Assembly: GCA_010093605.1 (NCBI GenBank)
Contig: MU004198.1
Location: 746,726-810,725 of the forward strand
DNA length: 64,000 bases
From: Lophium mytilinum
Taxonomy: Eukaryota
Direction of reading: 5' to 3'
Shown: piece after piece, positions 13,266-25,997 of the stretch
Position numbering within the stretch: position 1 is the first letter of the stretch
Layout of the letters: every line of letters starts with the position of its first letter
Made by a program: the position numbers and the translations under genes
The notes under the pieces: generated by a model
What the model was told of the DNA's origin: nothing
Seen by the model: the letters and a program-made list of their open reading frames with translations, nothing else
The model's database searches: none

Positions 13266-13382
13266 TTACTGCATTGCTTGAACCTACTGCTCCAGTTTCT
13301 TCACCTTCTGCTCTAGCTCGCTCACTCTTGTATCTACTGTTTTCGGCCTTGGCCCCTGAATCGCCTCAAGCTTCCTCTCCAT
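13266..13382 (-). pseudogene. Disrupted small coiled-coil ORF, possible paralog of 12446-12703
   Basis: Translates as MERKLEAIQGPRPKTVDTRVSELEQKVKKLEQ*VQAMQ*. Stops are TAG 13284-13286 and TAA 13266-13268, each one C>T change from a Gln codon. Confidence 0.45.
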
Positions 13383-14811
13383 TTCTTTATTTGGTTGGCA
13401 TCTTTTTTCACTGAGTATGAATCAAGGTATCAGGGACGTGAAATTTGATGGATATGCACAGGATTGGTCCATAGCTATCAACTTCTTGAGTTCGTTTTCA
13501 TTCATCTTTACGATGTATCGTGTGGGATCAGTCGTAATAGGAAGGGGTTTAGATGGGCTTCGAGATCTTGGAAATTAAATTTGGCGGTTGATGGTAATGA
13601 CACAATTGAGCGTACATGGCTACCAGCCTGACCGTTCTATGCCTTACTGACCCCTTAGTTAGCTGGCCACGTACGGCCTCTCGTGCGTGCAAGTGACTTC
13701 TGCTCAGGATCACCTTGGCAACCTAGCCAAACTGTACCAGCTATGTCTCACGCCGTTTTAGGAAAGTTTGAGGCCCACTCCGACGGATTAGGACTGGGAA
13801 TGTAATGTTGTCTAATCGCGATGATTTTGTTGGTTTTAGCCTTTGCTCCATTCCACTCCCATACACTCCAATGAGTCCAATCCAATATTCTAACATTACT
13901 GTGAGACGCAGACGATGACGACGACGACGCGATCGCTACTCCAATCCCGGATGATGGATGATCTCTCATAGAAACCCGCTGTGGGGGCGCGTCATTATTG
14001 CCTTTCGACCTCCGACGAATAGTCGGCCTAGTTAGGATGGGGCGGTGTCTGGAAGAGGCCATAAAATTGCATTGGGTGCTGGATCCAGCCGCGGAGGGGC
14101 AAGCACTGCGTCAGGCACTAGAGTTAGACGCGCATAAGTGATTAGATTAGCGAAGAATATGCAAGACTCTTATCTCATGCCGCATGATGTAATGAGAGGG
14201 GTCAGTCTCTAGTTGCAGAGAGGGGGAACACGCTTCTCGGTTTCCCGTGGCCCTTGGTCGGAAAGCTGCGAAGAAGCGAGGACTGGGATCTAGTGAGATT
14301 ATTCTGCTGATAGGTAGTTACGTGTAAATTAGAGTAACAAGATCTGGAGATGTCGTCGAGATTGTAGGTGCAAATAAAGTTTGGCTCGCTCTGTGCTAAA
14401 GAGTCCTAGTGGACGGACATCCCGTAGCTTCCCGGAGCCAATGGGATCTGATAAATCAGATTTGAGATTGCTGGATCGACAAATCCTCCTCTGGGTGTGA
14501 TTCCGTCATAGGTTCTACAGTGCATGTACTTCCAACACCGTATTGCAGTAGTGTCACGCAATTGGAGTAGCTAGCGATCCTGTTCACACGATCAGATTAC
14601 TCCGTACTGCAACATCAATCAAATTAAGTAGCAGTGGACTCAAACGTCATCGTGTATCAAGCATCACGGCACATAAGACAATTGGTACGAATACGCCAAT
14701 TACCTGTTGTACCATTCACCTAGAACTTACACTAGTGCCCGGATCTGAAGTCAGGGGTGCAATGTATATAGTTCAGTCCAAAGAGACCCAACTCCACCTC
14801 CGCATTCAAAG

Positions 14812-16760
14812 CTATACCAGCATAACCTTTCTTAGACGAAAGTCCCCGACACCTTTTTCTCCAGAATATATGTCTCTCGGAAATTCAACACCCGCAAGCC
14901 AGCACGCTCCTATGACCTCAAAATATGTGCCATCAATTGGTCGCAGAACGATTGAGGCCGGGCACTGCAAGAAACCATAGATCTGATCACCAGGCCTTGC
15001 CTGTGGCGGCAGTCGAATAAGGCTGCCTTGTTTCGACATACCCAGACGCCACTCTCCACGGAAAAGTCGAAGTTTTTGGTTGACGGCCTGCCACACGCGC
15101 AGTTCGACTTCAATTTGGTCTTCCGTGCTCAAATTCTGAAATTCCTCGTCTAAATCTTCTGCGTCATCGCCATGCTGGTCACTTGGCTTATATTTCTGGC
15201 GCACAGCTTCCTTTGAAACGTCGGTTGAAAGAGTGTCAATCCATTCTTCTACCACGTCCTTCTTTTCCTGCAACACGACCATTGCGAAACTCACGAGAGA
15301 ATACGGCAGCGAGCTGAGGGCCCCAGGAGGTTCACTGAATTTCACGTCGCCTCCTTCGAATAGAGGAACTCCCAGTTCTAGTTTCTCGCAGAGGTCTGCG
15401 ACGAGGTTCTCTCCCCACTCCGCAAATGACGTTGAGAGGACTCCGGCAACTGCGTCTAGCTGTAGGCTATAGACGGTGAGGATTCTCGAGTCACTTGAGA
15501 GTTTTGGCCAGAGCTGCAACGCGTGCTCGCCCCAGTAACGCAAGCCGTATTCTTCCGTGTCGATTCGGACTTGGTGGAGGATGTTGTCCCAGTTAGGGAG
15601 CCAGGTTGGTAGTCCGGCCTGCCGGCGTCCCTTTTCGACCATAGCAAGAAAGGCTACCGAACCGCAAACTTCTGCCATAAACCGCGCAACATCAAGGTGT
15701 ACCTGATCGACGGACCTGCGGTAATCAATTGGAAAGTGAGCCATTGCCGCGTCTGATGGTTGTATCAAGCCGAGTACGGCGTAGATCTTGTCCCTCGGGT
15801 CAGTGGCAACGAGCTTGTGGCCATCTGTGACAGCCTGGAGAAGAGATCTATAGCGATGTCCAGAAGGGAAAGATTGCAGATCTTCGAAATTAGGTCGATT
15901 TACACCAGTTAGCAGGACATGGCCCATGAGTAATCGTTCCCAGCGTGGATCCAAGGCCACCGTGTCATCTGAAATCTTATCCGACACAAGTTCCTGAAAC
16001 TGGTGGAGCTTACTGGCGTTAATGGAGAAGTCCCGGCATTGAATGGTAAGGGTTTCCGCAAAGGCAATCTCTTGCTGAATCCAGACTCTTGTCCAATATT
16101 CATTCTCCCCTATGAGAAGGAGGGGCTCCCAAACTTCTGGGTCATCTCCAAGAACATCATGATGGCTGCTAGTCCATGCAGTCAAAACTTTTCCATCCTC
16201 TTCTGATGGTAAGTCAAATGGCATTGGCGGAAGCAGGTCTTCCAGCATCTCAAATGCGGGGAGATATATCGGTAGATCGATGTCCAGCCAAATATAAACT
16301 CTCTCCGCCTGTGAATAAATCTCTCCCATCATACGGACCTGACTTGTCCGCTCCTCCCAATTCTCTTGATCGATACATATCGCATCAATCCAGATAGAAA
16401 ACTTTTTTTTCACTAATCGTAGGTGTCTCAACGCACTCTCTGCATTCTTCGTAACGGCAAACGCCTTGTCGCCATCGAGTTCTATGTTTGCCGTTACACT
16501 CGGATCTCCCCTGCAAGAATTTCAGCACTGACTACGTCGCATTTGGTACGGCTGATGCCTGCCATCGGTATGAGAGAGCATTGTACTCGGAATGCGGCCG
16601 ATCAAGTCTTATGATGACAAGCGATCCTACCAGTGGTGCTTCTCGCGCTCCAGGCTCCAGTGTCAGGACCCGAATCTCATTCTCCTTGAGCACGCCCTGT
16701 TATCTAAAGCATTAAACCCGTCTCAGAATAGCAACAGTTGCAATACCGTACCATCATCCT
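14812..16760 (-). CDS. Heterokaryon-incompatibility (HET domain, HET-6-like) protein; start uncertain
   Basis: Motifs EIRVLTLEPG, YNALSYRWGDP (after a GC-AG intron at 16511-16562), IWIDAICIDQEN..ERTSQVRMMGEIYSQAERVYIWL, YWTRVWIQQE, ATDPRDKIYAVLGL and LPTWLPNW. Confidence 0.9.
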
Positions 16761-17668
16761 TTTGGGGTAAGCATATGCCGTCTCTTTCCGGTCGCTAGAG
16801 GGCAAATCGCTGACCACTCTAAATGGAGTTGAAGGGTTGATGCATTTGTATATGTTCCTGCCGACTTCTGATGTGGAGGTCGTCTACGGTGAAGGGGACA
16901 GTGACGAAGATCCAACGAAACGGCGGAGCCACGGAACCGCACCTCGGGTGGCGCATAAAATACGCCGGGTTTCGGACGCTTTATAAATAGCATTGCAGTA
17001 AAGCCTCGCTATAACGTTTACCCCTTCGATATACCGCCGTTAGCTCAGGCTACTATTACATTTAATATACCATCATGTTGAAAGGCTCTCTTATATAAAA
17101 AGGTATATTAAGTGGAAAATTTGCAGATGTTAGTGGCCTGTAATTCTTTGAACCCTCTCAGCAATAAATCACAGGTACTATTAATATCTAAGGCCTTCCG
17201 GCCTTTAAATTAAATTCCATGCGTTGCTTTGTTGCGTGATATCAATACGGTATAACGTTTACACCTCCCAGTCCTGATCCAAACGGTATATCGAGGTTTC
17301 ACTATATTCCGGCCAGCGTGATAAGTTGCCTTTTTCACGCCTTTTTTTCGCTCCGAAAATTCCTTCGCGCCGTGTACGACGAATCTGTTCAAGAATCTGT
17401 CGCCAATGCTACACCGTATCTTGCGGACACAGAAGGGACCTTATGTTTCGTTTGTTTTTGTCACCAAGAAGCCAATGAGCCATCGGGTAGTCACGAGCAT
17501 CCATCAGATAAAGAGCAAAATAGCGACCAAAACTACCTCTAAGAGCAAGAAAAATATACGTCAAATAGTAGCGAACTAAATTATCGGGGAAAACCAGCTG
17601 TAGCACGACTCAAGATTATACTGGAATAGTGGACAAGCGGGAAAAATACTGGCTGCGCTATATCCCAT

Positions 17669-19906
17669 CTAACCCACCGTAAGGGTGTTCAGATCCGACT
17701 TTAGGAAGTAATCGATTGGAGATATCTCCCCGTCATCAACATCATGCGTTATGATCAGTAGCCCAACTCTTCGGTATACATCTCGACTGCCGCTATCAGG
17801 CGCCAGAACCAGCCCGGACGGATAATATCCCGTCTGAAGAAGGATACAGTAAAGCTCACCATTACCAGGCCACCTTGAAGCCGGCATGTCATTCAAGATA
17901 CGGCCGAGCGGATGGCCGTTCACAGTGAATATTGAGTTACCTCGAATCCTCGGCAGTATATCTGGTGCATCCATATACACCACTTTCACAACATGGCCCC
18001 TTAAGTCGACTTCAGCTTCAGCAACATTATCGAAGCCATTTAACTTATCGTTTAGTCGAACCCTAACATCTACCACGGAGCAAGCGTCCTTCTTCGCCCC
18101 TCTTGGCAAGGTTGTCGCTTGAAACCTCACTCTCCCACTCATTTTGGCCCATGACCAAGATGGTTGGTCCTCAGCAACGTCCGTTTGCTCCCTGTTAGAA
18201 TTATACCAGGTCAACGCAGCCGGCAAATCTTCGAGCCAGATACCAGCGACATAGCTGCTTTTGCCTGTGGTTTTCTGATAGGCCTTCGCAATGCCTGATA
18301 TCGCCGGCAGTTTGTCTGATGCGAATGTCAAATGGCGCCTTGTGTACTCTTCTACGAGCTGTGTCCACCACTTGAGCGAGGACGAGTCAAGCTGAACTGT
18401 AGATGGCGGAATGGCGCTAAGCCCAAGAGCCACTTTCAAGTCTGGGAAATTGCCATACATATACAGTGCATCATCGTCGAACCGACCATCCTGGCGGAGA
18501 GTAGTCTCACAGCATTCCCAGTAGAGCTGGTCAGACCCAAAGTATAACACGCGCGGCGATAGTAGCTGCTCTTGAAAGATCCATCCTCGTTCATCGCAGG
18601 GCGAGTTGCGAACACTGTCAGCCTTCCAGTCCGGCGATCGCACGTATATCGAGCCTGTCAACGAACACTCAGCACAATCGGAACAATCCCAGGGTAGGCG
18701 GCATGCGGGTGGCTCGGGGGCTCTAGTAATGAAGCATCCAACGTTGGAGTTTGAAGCTCCCCTTGCCGAGATGTTGAGATATCCATTTCGGTATACAGCC
18801 TCCATGACTGCAGACTCCTTCTGCCAATCGGAGGCGGAGTCTTGCAAGATACATAGAGAGTCGATCCACAGGTAGCGTACACCCAGCTTACGAGTGACTA
18901 GAACTGCGTCTCGGAAAGTCTTTGGTAGCGAGTTCAACGGTATTGCACGCTCGTGCTCCTTCAAGTTCCCTGTCGTTGTTGTTAACGGGACTTTTCCGCC
19001 CCAACAATGAGTCAAAGTCACGTAGGGGCCGTGTTCACCCTTGGAATCAAGTAGACATGGTTCCAATTTATCATCCGGGGAGCCAACGTCAATGACTCTG
19101 GTGGGTAAGGGTGTCCTTGGGCGAGGTTTGCGACAACGTGAATGCTGAGAGCAGCATTGAGAGAGCCATTCCTCGATCAACGCAAAATCGTCGTCAGAAT
19201 CTCCTGGGGTCGTGGGCAGCGGACGACCGTTGACCTGACCATGCCAAGCTGCAGCGTCATCTTGCATTATTTGTAAGAAGCTACATATTAAGAATGACGA
19301 GTTCGCGATCTCCAATTACATACCTCTATAAGTATAGATTTGAACTACGCCTTGTAGAGCGATCTGATGGTTTGGATGCATAGTTGGGTCATCGATACCA
19401 TCGACACCATCGTCTGGTATGTCTCCTGTAGTTATAACGTGTATGCGGTCGAGGTTTTTCCCGGCTCCTCCCCAAGCTACGAGTGATATGCCACGGCCGG
19501 GATACTCGACTGATACTTGCGCTAAAGCGGCAGCGCTCTCATCGCCGTCTCCTCTGCTGAGAGCGACGCAAAAGAATTGGCATAGTCGACATCCTGCCTC
19601 GGCGGATAGCTTCAGCGCGAGATAGCTTGGCTGATGAGGCTGCATCTGATCGAGAAAGGGTCCGCGCATCTTCTTTACAGAGATGGTCTGGCATAACGAG
19701 CAGAGAGACGTGGTGTTTGTGACTTGGACGTCTGATTCGTTTTGTTCGTGCCGGATTTCAGCTTCAAGATTGCTTGACGTGGGGCGAAAGCGAGCTATCA
19801 AAAAAGCAACTGCAGCTGAAGCATGAGATCGAAAACGCCATCGCCGCCACGCGAAGCGGGAACCTGGAGATGCCCCGAAAAAGTAAATCTTCCTGAATAA
19901 ACGCAT
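17669..19906 (-). CDS. HET domain protein (TOL-like)
   Basis: Intron 19261-19323 joins two ORFs. Motifs LCSLC, WLSQCCSQHSRC, LPTRVIDV, YVTLTHCWG, LPKTFRDAV..LGVRYLWIDSLCILQD, RGWIFQE.LLSPR, DKLPAISGIA and PSWSWA. Confidence 0.93.
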
Positions 19907-20724
19907 CGTTGGCAATCAGTCGGTGGTACATACAATTATCATAGAACGTGCCCCGCAGGCCGCCTTGGGAAAAATCTCACCTACAAGGCTGGGTTGACGA
20001 CGACGAGGTGCTCAAGCTGGTTATATGCAGCCAAGCATACGCTTACAACATCACTCCGATGCCAAATTTCCACTGGTTCGTTCCCTGTTAGCCCCATGCG
20101 CTCGCTGGATACGCCACGGCAGGGTTCTCGTCGATGGGTTGCAAGCACAACCAATTGGGGGCTACAGCTTGGGGGGCGGCGTCGGGCTGAGATTTGCATT
20201 CTCAGATCGCATCTCCTGTTCAGCATCAGCGCCTTATATAAACTTGAGGTTAGTGTGTTCCAAAATCAACCAATTGATTGTAGACAACGGGCTGGCATAT
20301 CAATAGGCTCTGCGCGTAGATTCAGACCTCCAATCCTACCACACCCGTCATGTCTACATATAAACAGAGCGACCACGTTCTTAAGACGAAGCTGGACCGC
20401 GGTTACGCTTTATGGCCTCGGGCTGGTTTCATCATACCCTTTTGGTTAGGCATTGGGACGTAATTGATCAACGATATCAAATGAACGAAGGTAGTTCATG
20501 TGTACAAAAAAGCAATGTTATCATTGGTGCGCCGCACAGTCCGCGACTTCGAGATATGCTACCAACGGGCATTGCTCGAAACTACCTTCTAACTAATGAT
20601 ACAGTCTTGAATGAACAAATGAGAGATGCCTTTGATGAAAACGCTACGGTAGACGGATGGGCCTAGATACCCAATTGTCTATTGGAGGGCCTGGAAATGT
20701 TGTCTAGCATTTCTCATGTGCCAG

Positions 20725-22544
20725 CTACGCCTCTCTACCAACCTGCTTTCCTTTAACAGACTTCCACTCCACGAACCATGACGCCACAAACGCAAAGCCC
20801 GACACCCCAAGAGCACAATAAAAGACATTATTGATTCCCTCATTATACGCAGCTAGAAGAATCGGAAGCTGGCTTGGGGGGACCAGCTTCGAGAAGTCCG
20901 TCGCCCCAGAATTCGAGATCGATGACACTTCCAGTCCTGGTATTTGCTGAGCGAGCTTGGATCGAAGTGTGCTGGACAAGATGCCCTGACAAATACTGAC
21001 GAAAATAGTGCCGCCAACGAAATTGCCAAAGTTTATGATCGTGATGCCAATGGGGATATCTTCGCGAGCTAAAACCGTTTGCGCTGCATTGTTGCATTGT
21101 GAGAGGCTCATGCCCATGCCAGCACCGGTAATCAACTGTCCAGGTTAGCTTCGATCCTACCTAGCGCACTATAGTCAGGAGAGGGCACTTACCTGGAAAC
21201 CAATGGACTTCGCTGTGCTGGTGTTGACTCGGAATGTCGTGAGAAGGCCGCATCCAACTGTCAGCAGAGCGGTTCCTAGTATAAGCCATGGAGTATAGTA
21301 TCCCGTCTTCGAGACGACGATACCAGAAGTGATAACGAAAAACACTGTAATGAGGAAGTAGGGGAGCATTCGTACACCAGCATCGATGGCAGAGAGTCCT
21401 TTGATGGCCTGGTACCAAATAGGCAGGTAAAACGTCACAAGAATGAGCGTGGAGCCAAATCCTAACGATACCGCAGCCCCTGCCGAAATACTTCTCTTGC
21501 GCATAATCCTTGGTGGTAGTGTCCCATTCTCTCCAGTCCAGATCTGGGAAACGAGGAAAGCAAGTATAAGCATGATGCCCACGACAAGCGTCGCCACAAC
21601 CTGAGCAGAGCCCCAATGTGAGCCATTGCTACCCCATTGAAGTGCAAGCAGGAGCAACGTCAACCCGGGTACGAGGAGTGCGGTTCCGACTGGATCGAAT
21701 GATTTCAGTTGTTCTAGAATCGACTTGTCTGATTGATCCTGCGCAGGCGGGTTGTTGGGTACAAGTAGAATCAGCACAAGAAGTGCAACTCCACCGATCG
21801 GTGCGTTTATCCAGAAACACCACCGCCACGAAACATTGGATGCGAAGACGCCGCCGAGGAGAGGTCCAGCTATAGAGGCAAGGCCGAATGTGGCGCCGAT
21901 GAAGCCTTGGTATTTTGGTCTCTTTTGTAACGGCAAGAGGTCGGCGAGGATGACATTCGCACCAGTCATATTGCCAGCACTGCCAATTCCCGCAATGGCC
22001 CGTCCAATGATGAAGGTAGTGGAGTTGGGAGCTGCAGCACAGATGATGGAACCGATTTCGAATATTGCTACGAGTACGACGAAGGCCCATTTGGCAGGAA
22101 AGAATGTCTATCGTAATTGCTGTTAGCGATGTACGAGCAGCAAGAATACCATACGTACGTATACTTTGCCAATTGGCAGTTGTAGCGCAGCAAAGGTAAG
22201 CAGATACGCGCTTTCGTACCACGCAATGTCACCAAAGGAATGGAAGTCGTTAGAAATCGCAGGTATCGTGACTCCAATAATGGTTCGATCCTGATTGGGA
22301 CAGTTGTCAGAAGGTGTATCACTGTGCTTCTTTACGAGAGACATACCAGAGCGGTGAGGAAGACTGCCAAGCATAACGAAAAAACCACAGGCAAGATGAC
22401 TTTCTGACTCGAGTGTTGAGGATCATCGCTTTCGTTCTTATACTCGGCTTTATGATCGGGGCCCTCGAGTTGCAGCTCATAACTGCTGGCCTCAGGAGCG
22501 GATTCGCCCAGACGGTGTGAATGATTAGGTCTAGGCCAACGCAT
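20725..22544 (-). CDS. MFS drug:H+ antiporter (DHA2, 14-TM efflux pump)
   Basis: Multi-exon gene with LAVFLTAL/DRTIIGVTIPAISNDFHS, WYESAYLLT, GPLLGGVF..SWRWCFWINAPIG and AYNEGINNVF. Confidence 0.93.
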
Positions 22545-22670
22545 GGTAAGTTTTGGAAAAGAAAATGGGAATACTGAACTTCATGTTGGAAATCGGCAAC
22601 ATTATATATCTGAACTCGTTGTGTGCCCTCTCCACATAAAGGAGTGTCTAGTACCAATCAGTATCTAGTG

Positions 22671-22722
22671 CCGATCGTTTCGGTTCGGTCCCGAACACGA
22701 AGTTCGGCTTTTTGACCGAACT
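22671..22722. promoter_or_regulatory. Cluster of CGG/CCG palindromes, candidate Zn2Cys6 binding sites in the shared MFS/TF promoter
   Basis: GTTCGG-N2-CCGAAC at 22683-22696 and AGTTCGG-N8-CCGAACT at 22701-22722. Six CGG/CCG triplets lie within 52 bp. Confidence 0.65.
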
Positions 22723-22884
22723 CTTTCTAAACGTTATCACCCTCATTTACATTTCAGCAATTCCTTGACGCCCCCCTAATTAAATTTTGATTACGATTGG
22801 CGATTGAACGAAAAAGGGTCTTGCAAATTACGCAGGCGCGTTTCTAGTGGCCGTCGTCTTCTGGCGTTACTTCTGTGCGTCAAT

Positions 22885-25076
22885 ATGCCCTCCGGCAAAA
22901 AGCCCGTTAGCTGTATACCATGCGCAAAACGCAAAGTACGATGCGACAAAGTTCAACCATGCTGTCATTGCAAGCGAAGGAGACAGGACACATGTGTATA
23001 TCCCGAGTTGAGTGGAACCAATCACCAGCTGCTTCGTCAGCACAGCGAACGAATCGAGAGGCTAGAGCTGTACATTCGAAGCCTCGGTGGCAACCCGAAG
23101 CTGGCTGATGAGGCACACAGCCCATCAAGCTCAGGAAGAAAAACGCCGCAGGAGAGCACAAACATAAATGGACCATATCCAAATGAGCCGACCACCCCTT
23201 CCTGGCTTCTCAATGATGAACCATCTCCTGCGAGGAGAGTCCACCGACCTGTTCCAAGGACATCAGAACTTTTGGCACATGGTGATGGTGTCGCCTGCAT
23301 TGAAACGTTAGTACAGTCTTATATGTTCCTCCTTTCTTGCTGTGCCGCTGACACAGTTTAGGCCAATGTGGTACAGCTGGAAAGGCCATGATCATTCATC
23401 GAGTCCACTTCGACCGAAAACTCAGACTTCTAATACGCACTCCCCACCAACTATTTTAAACCAACGACAAACACTGGATAGCAATGACTCTTTCACACCC
23501 CTACCGCCAGCGCTTCACCTGAATGTGTTGTGGCCAGTCTTTTTAAAGAATGTACATCCCTTAGTCAAGATATTCTTTGACTGGGAAGTAGTTCCCGTGA
23601 TCGAAAAAGCTCAGAAATACGCTTTGGCGCTATCACTCGAAGAGCAAGCACTCGTGAATGGAATCAGATTCATTGCTACGTTGACATTATCATGCGAGGA
23701 CTGTCAAGATACGTTATCCAGGTCAAAGCAAGAGCTGCTGCTTCATTGCCAGAGGAGCTTGGAACATGCCTTAAAAAGAGCTGAATATACAGAAACGACA
23801 GATAAGCGTGTATTGCAAGCTTTCATGCTGTATATTGTGAGTTCAAATATCCATTCCACTCATGCGCTGCGTCCTAAGATACTCTACACAGTTAGCAATG
23901 CGCGATCGCACGCGGCCCGCAGCCATATATCCGCTCATGGGCATCGCTAGCCGCGTTGCTGAGCGGATGGGCCTGCATCACGATGGCTCCATGTTTGGTC
24001 TGAGTATTTTACGAAGCGAAGAACGTCGGCGTATATGGTGGCAGCTGCAGTTCATGGAATTGGCTATCGCACGATTAGTGGGCACCCTCAGCTTGACGAT
24101 CTTCGCCAACTGGGACACCAGGATTCCGTCGAACCTAGAAGATGGTGACTTCAGCCCTGGCCTAGAAGTCATGCCTCGCGAACGCAGAGGCATAACAAGC
24201 ATATCGCCTTGTCTGTGGAGGTACAGCATATTGCAAATGCGTCGCGAATCGCTAGGCAGAAATAGCTTTGAAGGCATGGCTTGGATGCTTTCGCCGCACC
24301 TATCACTTGTAGAGAAGGATGCTAAGATTGACGATATTGAGAAAATGTTGGCAGTGAGATTTTTGCAACATTGCGAGCTCCTCAACCCGTTACACGTCCA
24401 CATACAGATCGGAATCCGCCAATTTATTCTCGCAGCTCGCAGCAACGCACGGCAACCAACGCTTGTGAATGCGAAGATCTCTGAAGTACCTCCGCAAACA
24501 CGTGATGATTTGCTTAAGATTTGCTCAAAGAGCTTGGAATATTTCGTTATGAGCCAAACGACCCTATCAATAGCTGGATTTAGGTGGGGAAATGACATAT
24601 TTTTCCAGGTCGCTTCTTGTAAGTACTTCAATATCGCTCACCGGGCTACAAGGTGCAGTAGACGGGCCAAACTAACAGACCTAGTCGTATACCTGGTCCT
24701 TGAAGCGCATCAAAGATATAATGACCATCAGGTCGTGGATTTATGGAGCTTGATTGGTCGTGTGTACGATGTTCATCCGGATCTGATGACCGCCGTGAAT
24801 CGTCCGGAGGTGACCTTCATCGCACGTATAACAGTCGCAGCGTGGCAGAAATATGATATTCAAATGCGACAGCAGAGGTCGGGTGTACATGGTGCAATGT
24901 CGATGGAGGCCCCCGAGTGGATTCGGCAACTGTGTTATAACTTCAATCTGCCACTGACCGACTCTCCCGCGACAACTGAAGAGGTCGCGCAATCTTTGTG
25001 CTCTGACCCAGCCCAATTACTCTCAGAGAACTTCGACTTGGACATGATCGACTGGTCGTTTTGGGAAGCGTTTTAG
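22885..25076 (+). CDS. Zn2Cys6 transcription factor with fungal-specific middle domain
   Basis: CIPCAKRKVRCDKVQPCCHCKRRRQDTC; FLKNVHPLVKI; AERMGLHHDG..EERRRIWWQL. Multi-exon. Confidence 0.93.
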
Positions 25077-25628
25077 GGCATAACGGAAAACTTTACTGAT
25101 TGATTGGTTGTCTATCCGTTCTGCCTGCTCTTGCATTATATAATCCGAAAGGGATCGAACACCGAAAAATAAAGCACATCTATCTCCACCTTTTGCGCTT
25201 GTCTAAACATGTTGCATACTTACCAGACTGTGTGATGAAGAACTGTGTTATCTAAGAGTATCGGCCGACGCAAGATGTGGTAGATACTCCTACCTGTCAT
25301 ATAGCAAGTAGTGCAATATCCTAATGTGCACCCAAGCTGTTTCATTTTTTGGAAAGTCAAACGGAGAGACAGCAGACGGACTCGGTCCACGCCGGAAGAA
25401 GCATTTCTAAGATTTCAACGAGCCCAATTTGTAGCAGATAGCGGACGAAGGAAAATGAATCAAAATAGATCATGTAGAAATGTACGCTTAGCTTTAGTAG
25501 AGTAATATATACGGGTAACATTCTAACGTCTACATAAGTCTAATCCTCCCCCGCCATACACGTTCACCCTGCCAAAAGCCGGGCCTGCTCAACAACCAAA
25601 TAAATATCGCGAGCATAAAATTGATATA

Positions 25629-25997
25629 TTATTCTGACGTGCGCAGGTCATTTTGGGACTTTTCGACGGTTTGTTCCCAGCCGTTTCCATCGGTATAGCT
25701 TAACTGACAGACTACATATCAGCATCATTCATCACAGAGCGCGTCTTTCGCGAGCAACTAATCTACAATCAACAATCATCAGCTGTATAAACTCACCTTG
25801 TAGTAAAAGCCAGTGCGCCCACGAGTGCGCGCAACAACCGTGCTCTTGATTGAGCCTTCCAAAAGATCATCGTCCGTGGTGTTGTCAAACCACGCCTCGT
25901 CTCCAACTTTGAACTCAGCTTCGTGCATATCCCCCTGGACAATGCCGTAAGTGTGCTCCTCGAGGCGAGCCAGACGTTCTTCCACAGAGTCGGACAT
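25629..25997 (-). CDS. Small (about 91 aa) protein, possible SH3/Tudor-like barrel
   Basis: Exon 25797-25997, intron 25704-25796 (GTGAGT..GCTGAT..CAG), exon 25629-25703. Spliced product includes FKVGDEAWF..STVVART..YYKLSYTDGNGWEQTVEKSQNDLRTSE. Confidence 0.65.

Noticed and set aside
17300..17631. CACTA...TAGTG ends suggesting a CACTA element between the HET genes
   Set aside because: The inverted match is only about 9 bp with an indel and there is no target-site duplication.
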